This document shows positions 58,968 through 64,000 of a stretch of DNA of 64,000 nucleotides, one piece after another. A model generated the notes under the pieces. The model had not been told where the DNA came from. It worked only from the letters and a program-made list of their open reading frames with translations, and ran no database searches. Every line of letters starts with the position of its first letter. Positions within the stretch are counted from its first letter, which is position 1. Made by a program: the position numbers and the translations under genes. This stretch comes from Chloroflexota bacterium (lineage in GTDB: Bacteria > Chloroflexota > Dehalococcoidia > Lucifugimonadales > UBA3495): contig JAQBVF010000005.1 in NCBI GenBank assembly GCA_027623675.1, positions 64,001 through 128,000 on the forward strand, written 5' to 3'.

Positions 58968-58984
58968 ACGCCGGCCGGCGCGTC

Positions 58985-59012
58985 TTGGAAGGGCGGACCG
59001 CTGCGGTATAAT
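58985..59012 (+). promoter_or_regulatory. candidate sigma70 promoter
   Basis: TTGGAA-N16-TATAAT upstream of the DCC1-like gene. Confidence 0.5.
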
Positions 59013-59050
59013 CCGGCTGCGGACCGCCAAGCTGGAGTGTCCAAGGCGCG

Positions 59051-59458
59051 ATGAACGATACCAGCAGGAACAGCTCTCAGGTTTTCTATTACGACGCAGA
59101 TTGCCGCCTCTGCACCCGGCTGGTTGGCTGGCTGGGCAAGGCCGATCTATTCAGGCGTATAACCTGGACTCCCTACCAATCATTGGAGGCCCCGCCCCCC
59201 GGCCTTTCATGGGATGACCTGCAGCGGGCCGCCTACTTGGTTGACGGCGATACCGGGCGGTTGTACGAGGGGTTTTACGCCTTCCGCATGCTGACGGTCC
59301 GCCTTCCGGTATTGGCTCCCTTGGCGCCCATCTGCTGGTTTCCGGCCATGGGGCTGTTGGGCACGGCGGTCTACCGATGGGTGGCCAGAAACCGCCACCG
59401 GCTATCTGGCTGCACCGTCCCGGGCCTGGGACGCCGGGGCCGGAACAAAGGGCCGTAG
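59051..59458 (+). CDS. DCC1-like thiol-disulfide oxidoreductase (DUF393)
   Basis: YDADCRLC (DxxCxxC), YRWVARNR. Confidence 0.88.
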   Translation: MNDTSRNSSQVFYYDADCRLCTRLVGWLGKADLFRRITWTPYQSLEAPPPGLSWDDLQRAAYLVDGDTGRLYEGFYAFRMLTVRLPVLAPLAPICWFPAMGLLGTAVYRWVARNRHRLSGCTVPGLGRRGRNKGP

Positions 59459-59627
59459 CACTTGGCATCATCCGGCGACCTACCGCGCCGCCGCCTTGCG
59501 GTTCGTTCTGGGCTTCACCCGCGACGCCGGCGGCAGGGAGAGCGGCGATCGTGGCCAAACATCAATCATTCAGCAGCCAACGGCCCCGATAGAACAAGGG
59601 CTGGCGGCTGCGCCCAAGGAGAAAACC

Positions 59628-60404
59628 ATGAACCTAAGAGATTCCGTGATCATCGTCACCGGCTCGGCCACCGGGCTGGGCTCCGCAGTGGTCAAGCAGG
59701 TCGCTGCCAAAGGAGCGCGGGTGGTGATCAACTACACCAAGAGCGAGAAAGAGGCGCATGAGACCGAGGCCGTCTGCGACTACCTGGGTGTTGAATCAAT
59801 TTTATGTCAAGCTGATGTGTCGGTGTACGAGGACTGCCAGCGCATGGCCAGCCAGGCCCTGGAGAAGTGGGGGCGCATCGATGGGCTGGTCAACAACGCC
59901 GCCCGGTCCGTGTTCGCCAACTCCAAGGACCTGGACGCGCTGACGGGCCAGCAGTTCATGGATGTCTTCGCGGTGAACGTGGTCGGCGCCTACCAGATGG
60001 CCCAGGCGGTGGCGCCCCACATGAAGGCCGGCGGCAACGGGTCCATCGTGAACGTCTCGTCCATATCCGCGCTAACCGGGGCTGGCAGCTCCATCGCCTA
60101 TGCGGCTTCCAAGGGCGCGCTGAACACCATGACCCTGTCGTTGGCCCGGGCGCTGGCCCCCGAGATCAAGGTCAACGCCGTGCTGCCCAGCGCCTTCCCC
60201 TCCCGGTGGTGGGCCGACGGACTGGGCGAAGAGAAAGCCAAAGAGCTGTTCGTGAAATTCAACGAGCAGGTCCCGCTGAAGTCGGTGGCCACTCCCGATG
60301 CCGTGGCCAGCACCGTGGTCTGGCTGCTGGAAGACGCCGGCTACATCACCGGCGAGATGATTAAGATCGACTCAGGCATGCACCTGCTGGGCTTCCAGCC
60401 GTAG
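59628..60404 (+). CDS. short-chain dehydrogenase/reductase
   Basis: TGSATGLG, VNNA, SS, YAASK; AAGGAG RBS before ATG 59628. Confidence 0.93.
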   Translation: MNLRDSVIIVTGSATGLGSAVVKQVAAKGARVVINYTKSEKEAHETEAVCDYLGVESILCQADVSVYEDCQRMASQALEKWGRIDGLVNNAARSVFANSKDLDALTGQQFMDVFAVNVVGAYQMAQAVAPHMKAGGNGSIVNVSSISALTGAGSSIAYAASKGALNTMTLSLARALAPEIKVNAVLPSAFPSRWWADGLGEEKAKELFVKFNEQVPLKSVATPDAVASTVVWLLEDAGYITGEMIKIDSGMHLLGFQP

Positions 60405-60426
60405 GGGTAGGAAGATGAGCCAGCCG

Positions 60427-60747
60427 CTAACCGCGGCTGGAGTCCTTGGGCTTCAGAGCCTCCAGGTTCATTAGAGACTCGGCCCGCTGTTCCTCGCTCG
60501 CGCCAAGCTCGATACGGTTCTCCTGGGCAATCTGGTAGATATCCTGATGGGACCGGTCCAATAACTCGCAAGCCCGGCCGATGCTCAACTTGCCCTCGCT
60601 GACGAGAACGACAGTCGCTTTTTCTGCGGACTGCCACAACCACTGGCGCAGCACCGTTGCCCGGTCTGTACGTTGCTCCCTGGTGTGCACGTCCAGCAAT
60701 TCGACCAACTCTTCGGGGATCCTTAGGGGTACGGGTTTTGTCGCCAT
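60427..60747 (-). CDS. UPF0175-like antitoxin (RHH + HTH)
   Basis: VPLRIPEEL..DRATVLRQWL (RHH) and EGKLSIGRACELL (HTH). Confidence 0.8.
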   Translation of the reverse strand: MATKPVPLRIPEELVELLDVHTREQRTDRATVLRQWLWQSAEKATVVLVSEGKLSIGRACELLDRSHQDIYQIAQENRIELGASEEQRAESLMNLEALKPKDSSRG

Positions 60748-60749
60748 GG

Positions 60750-61139
60750 TTAATCTCCCAGTGATTCTAAAGCCTCGAGATAGTCTGATGCCCGTATGGT
60801 TGGACGCAGCGCATCGAGGGCATTCTTCGCGTCTGCAACCGAGAGTGATCCGTCCCTGGCCAAGCCCAAGACAACGTGCGAAGGCACCAGAAACGGGAGA
60901 GCCAGGTTCGACAACACTCCCAGAAAACTCCGATCGTCGCTGACAATCACCGGCGCTTCCTGCGATTGGACCGCGAGCTGCAGCGCTTGGGTTTCGCCGG
61001 CCCCGAGCCCCCAAGCTGATCGGTCCAACTCCGGCGTGGCATCACCAATCTCGGGACTTCGTATCTCCGCATCCGGTCGGTGACGTAGGCCGGGCCGGCG
61101 GTAGACGCCGGGGCGAATCCTTGCCAGAATACCTCCCAT
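60750..61139 (-). pseudogene. N-terminally truncated PIN/DUF3368-like toxin
   Basis: LGAGETQAL..VIVSDDRSF C-terminal PIN motifs present; N-terminal catalytic strand-Asp motif not found in frame. Confidence 0.65.
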
Positions 61140-61177
61140 GATTCCGCCGCGCCGCTACGCGCTTTGAGGAGAACAGC

Positions 61178-62026
61178 ATGGGACCCAGACTTGTCGAATA
61201 CCTGAAATACGAAGCTGAAGACACGGGTATCGCTTGGATCACATTCAACCGGCCCGAGCGCCGCAACGCCCTGATGGGCAACTCTCAGGAGAACGGCACC
61301 GTGGCCAAGGTGGGCGAGTACATGCGCGCCGCCGACGACGATCCGGATGTCCGCGTGATCGTGCTCACCGGCGAGGGCCAGGGCTTCTGCTCGGGGGCCG
61401 ACATGCGCCGGGACAATGACCCATCGGTGCTGGGTGAGAACTTTGTTGGCAACCGGGACCACACCGAGGGGCCGGACCTGATCCGCCAGCACTTCTTCCA
61501 CGGGTTCACCCAACTGCACCGCGACATCTCGCTCATCCGCAAGCCCACCATCGCCATGATCAACGGCGCCGCCGTGGGGTCGGGCATGGACATGGCGCTC
61601 CATTGCGACATACGCGTTGGCTGCGAGGCCACCCGCTTCGTCGGCTACCACCAACTGGGCCAGATCATTGAGAACGGCGGCAGCTACTACCTGCCCAAGA
61701 TGGCCGGACTAGGCCGGGCCCTGGAGTTCGCCTACACCGGGCAGCTGGACGCCGAGCGGGCCTACCAGTGGGGCCTGCTCAATTACCTGGTGGACTCCAG
61801 CGAGTTGGAGCAGACCACTCGAGACCTGTGCACCCGCATCATGCGCGTGCCGCCAATGGTGCAGTGGGTGAGCAAGAAGATCATGCGCACGGCCGTGGAC
61901 ACCACCCTGGAGAACACGATGGTGCTCACGTCCAACGCCGGCGGCATCCTGGGCGGGTCCGAAGACGCCGACGAAGCGCGCCTTGCCTTCCTGGAGAAGC
62001 GGGCGCCCAAATTCAAGGGTCGTTAA
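61178..62026 (+). CDS. enoyl-CoA hydratase/isomerase (crotonase) family
   Basis: ITFNRPERRNAL, FCSGAD, KPTIAMINGAAVG, AFLEKRAPKFKGR. Confidence 0.92.
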   Translation: MGPRLVEYLKYEAEDTGIAWITFNRPERRNALMGNSQENGTVAKVGEYMRAADDDPDVRVIVLTGEGQGFCSGADMRRDNDPSVLGENFVGNRDHTEGPDLIRQHFFHGFTQLHRDISLIRKPTIAMINGAAVGSGMDMALHCDIRVGCEATRFVGYHQLGQIIENGGSYYLPKMAGLGRALEFAYTGQLDAERAYQWGLLNYLVDSSELEQTTRDLCTRIMRVPPMVQWVSKKIMRTAVDTTLENTMVLTSNAGGILGGSEDADEARLAFLEKRAPKFKGR

Positions 62027-62080
62027 CGGACCAGGCGCCAACCCCCGAGAAGCAGACCAGTGCCCGTCGGCTATTCCGGC

Positions 62081-62533
62081 CTACAGGCCCATCGCCCGCA
62101 AGCCAACCTTGGCCAGCTCCTCGTCGGCGTTGTGGCCGCGTATCCCGCCGACGCCGATTCCGCCAATGATTGCCCCGTCTTTGAGGATGACCACTCCGCC
62201 CTGCTCATAAGTTACCATCGGGTCGCCGTTCTCGCTGACGCTCTGGCCGATGTTGGTCATGTGCTGACCCCAGTCGCCGCTGTTGATCCCGAGCACCGCC
62301 GCGGTGTAGGCCTTGCGGACGGCGTGCCTCCGGGTGAATAAGCGGGCGTTGTCCATCTTGGCGAATGCCTCAAGGTTCCCGGCGGCGTCCACTATAGCCA
62401 TGCAGACCGGCGTCTCCGAGGTGTTTCTGACCTGGTCCATCATCGCCTTCATCGCCGCTTGCACCTGGTCCAAGGTAAGCTGCTGGTTGGCTGTGGCCAT
62501 GGTGGGCCTGGGGCCGTCGTGTGCCGTTGTCAT
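62081..62533 (-). CDS. GlcG/HbpS-like heme-binding protein
   Basis: AIVDAAGNL..KMD, RKAYTA, GGVVI..IGGIGVGG, DEELA; AAGGAG RBS. Confidence 0.88.
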   Translation of the reverse strand: MTTAHDGPRPTMATANQQLTLDQVQAAMKAMMDQVRNTSETPVCMAIVDAAGNLEAFAKMDNARLFTRRHAVRKAYTAAVLGINSGDWGQHMTNIGQSVSENGDPMVTYEQGGVVILKDGAIIGGIGVGGIRGHNADEELAKVGLRAMGL

Positions 62534-62742
62534 CTGATCTGCTCCTTCTCGAGGTCTGAATCTAGGGGGTCTGATGGGACCGATGCGTTCCGCCGTGCAT
62601 TGTAGCAATAGCGGACTCCGGCCCGGGCCGCTGTTGGGACACGGCAGTTTCGACGAGGGGCTTTGTTTCACCCTCAAGGTTATGTCGTCCTGCCCGCCTG
62701 ACCTCCCGCCATCACGCCGCGCGCAGAACTTTTAGCGGGATC

Positions 62743-63840
62743 CTACGGGCCCATCACTCTGCGGAAGAACGCCAGGGCATTGTCGCCGGTGATCTTGATG
62801 ATGTCGGCGTCGGAATACCCGCGGGTGATCAGCCCCCGGATGATATTCTTCCCCTCGGCAGGGGACTCTACCCCCCGGATAAAACCCGAGCTTCTGGCAT
62901 CGATACTGGAATCCGTCCCGATGGCCACGTGGTCGATGCCCAGCAGCTTCACCATGTAATCGTAATGGTCCAGCAAACGCTCGATGCTCAACTCAGACCC
63001 CCAGCTGCTGATCACCGACGGCTGCACGGTGACCCCGACGATGCCGCCTTTCCGCGCGCAGGCCACCAGCTCTTCGTCCCTCCGGAGCCGCCCCGCGGCG
63101 TACTCGCCACCACCCTGTTGCTGGCCCAGGGTGTACGACCCGTCGTGGCTGAAGGCCACCGGGGCCTGGGAGAATTCGATGGCGTCCATCGCCGTCCGAA
63201 AGGATGCGTGGGACAGGTCGACCACCATGCCCAGTTCGTTCATCCTCCCCACGACCTCGATCCCGAACGTACTCAGCCCGCCGTCGTTCCGCTCCAGGTG
63301 GCCGTCCCCGATATAGTTCTTGCGCCGGTAGGTTAGCCCGGCCAGCCTGACGCCGGCGTTGTAGAGTACATCCACACGCCGCAACTCGCTGCCAATGGCC
63401 AGGTGCTCCACCGTAGGCAGGAAACCCACCTGGCCATGCTGCTTCGCAGCCTCGATCTCACCGGCGTTGCCGACTTTGACGACACCTTCGTTTCGACTGA
63501 CGTCCGACAGCATCAAGCTGATCTCGTCCAAAAGGTCCTCGAACCGGATGAAGGACATCTCGTCGGTGTTCACCATGCCGCGGTAGACGTTGGCCGTCCC
63601 AACGGCGGTGAAACCTCCGTGGCGCACTGCCTCATAGCCCCACTCATGGGTATCACCACGCAGGTACTCCAGGAGTTGGCTCGGGTCTTCCGGCTTTACC
63701 ATCGGGTGCTGATGGAGGTCAATCATCGTCGTCTGCTCCACCAGACGCAGAAATCTCTTCTCCTGCACGCCGTCGAGGGCGACGGCCTTAGACCGGCCCC
63801 GGATAACCTGTTTCACCAGTGGGATCGAGTTCGCCGCCAT
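62743..63840 (-). CDS. membrane dipeptidase family (peptidase M19)
   Basis: DLHQH, GGLSTFG..MNELGMVVDLSH, FSH, GIDHVAIGTD, GDNALAF; AAGGAG RBS. Confidence 0.9.
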   Translation of the reverse strand: MAANSIPLVKQVIRGRSKAVALDGVQEKRFLRLVEQTTMIDLHQHPMVKPEDPSQLLEYLRGDTHEWGYEAVRHGGFTAVGTANVYRGMVNTDEMSFIRFEDLLDEISLMLSDVSRNEGVVKVGNAGEIEAAKQHGQVGFLPTVEHLAIGSELRRVDVLYNAGVRLAGLTYRRKNYIGDGHLERNDGGLSTFGIEVVGRMNELGMVVDLSHASFRTAMDAIEFSQAPVAFSHDGSYTLGQQQGGGEYAAGRLRRDEELVACARKGGIVGVTVQPSVISSWGSELSIERLLDHYDYMVKLLGIDHVAIGTDSSIDARSSGFIRGVESPAEGKNIIRGLITRGYSDADIIKITGDNALAFFRRVMGP

Positions 63841-64000
63841 CTTAGCTTCTCCTTTTGCCGGGCCGGGAACCGCCGTTGGGTCCAGGCCCGCGGTGACCTG
63901 CCCCGGCGCCCCTCTGAAGATTGTACACAGGGGCAACTTCTATCGGGAAGACGAAGGAGCGGGGAACTGGTGGGGAGACCACCAATCAGATATCATCTTG

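Overview
GC-rich bacterial chromosomal window. Gene content and synteny point to Chloroflexota, probably Dehalococcoidia/SAR202-like (inference from the miaA-dapF-dapL-hflX order, archaeal-type apgM, a GuaA starting MEIAK, and many LLM/F420/amidohydrolase/MFS paralogues). Layout: (1) 1-29.7 kb is catabolic and accessory: GMC oxidoreductase, thiolase, an orphan 1650-aa PAS-5xGAF-2xPAS histidine kinase, ThrC, FAH hydrolase, amidase, two LLM monooxygenases with an FMN reductase, PAP2/Aur1-like protein, cyanophycinase, tRNA-Ala, an amber-interrupted acyl-CoA ligase, HsaA-like monooxygenase, Ddn-like F420 enzyme, bicupin, MFS, rhodanese and sulfite oxidase. (2) 29.8-38.5 kb is a minus-strand purine cluster (guaA, purD, purE, purB, purC, purS plus unknown genes). 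(3) 38.9-48.8 kb is tsaC, a degenerate prenyl synthase, pgk, apgM, tpiA, miaA, dapF, hicBA, dapL, hflX. (4) 49-64 kb holds tRNA-Val/Leu/Arg, MFS transporters, tandem amidohydrolases, SDR, a decayed PIN toxin-antitoxin module, crotonase, GlcG-like protein and an M19 dipeptidase. The strongest candidate for novelty is an MFS transporter interrupted by one in-frame TGA at a position where homologues normally have Cys (GYFV*G). A SECIS-like hairpin follows the TGA, and rhodanese and sulfite oxidase genes lie alongside, so this may be a selenocysteine-containing transporter. Other oddities are two duplications of gene 3' ends whose distal copies differ at synonymous positions, exact 558-nt GAF periodicity, a prenyltransferase with broken DDxxD motifs, and REP-like repeats. 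No CRISPR array, integrase, transposase or rRNA was seen. All family assignments come from motif recognition by eye, not database searches.
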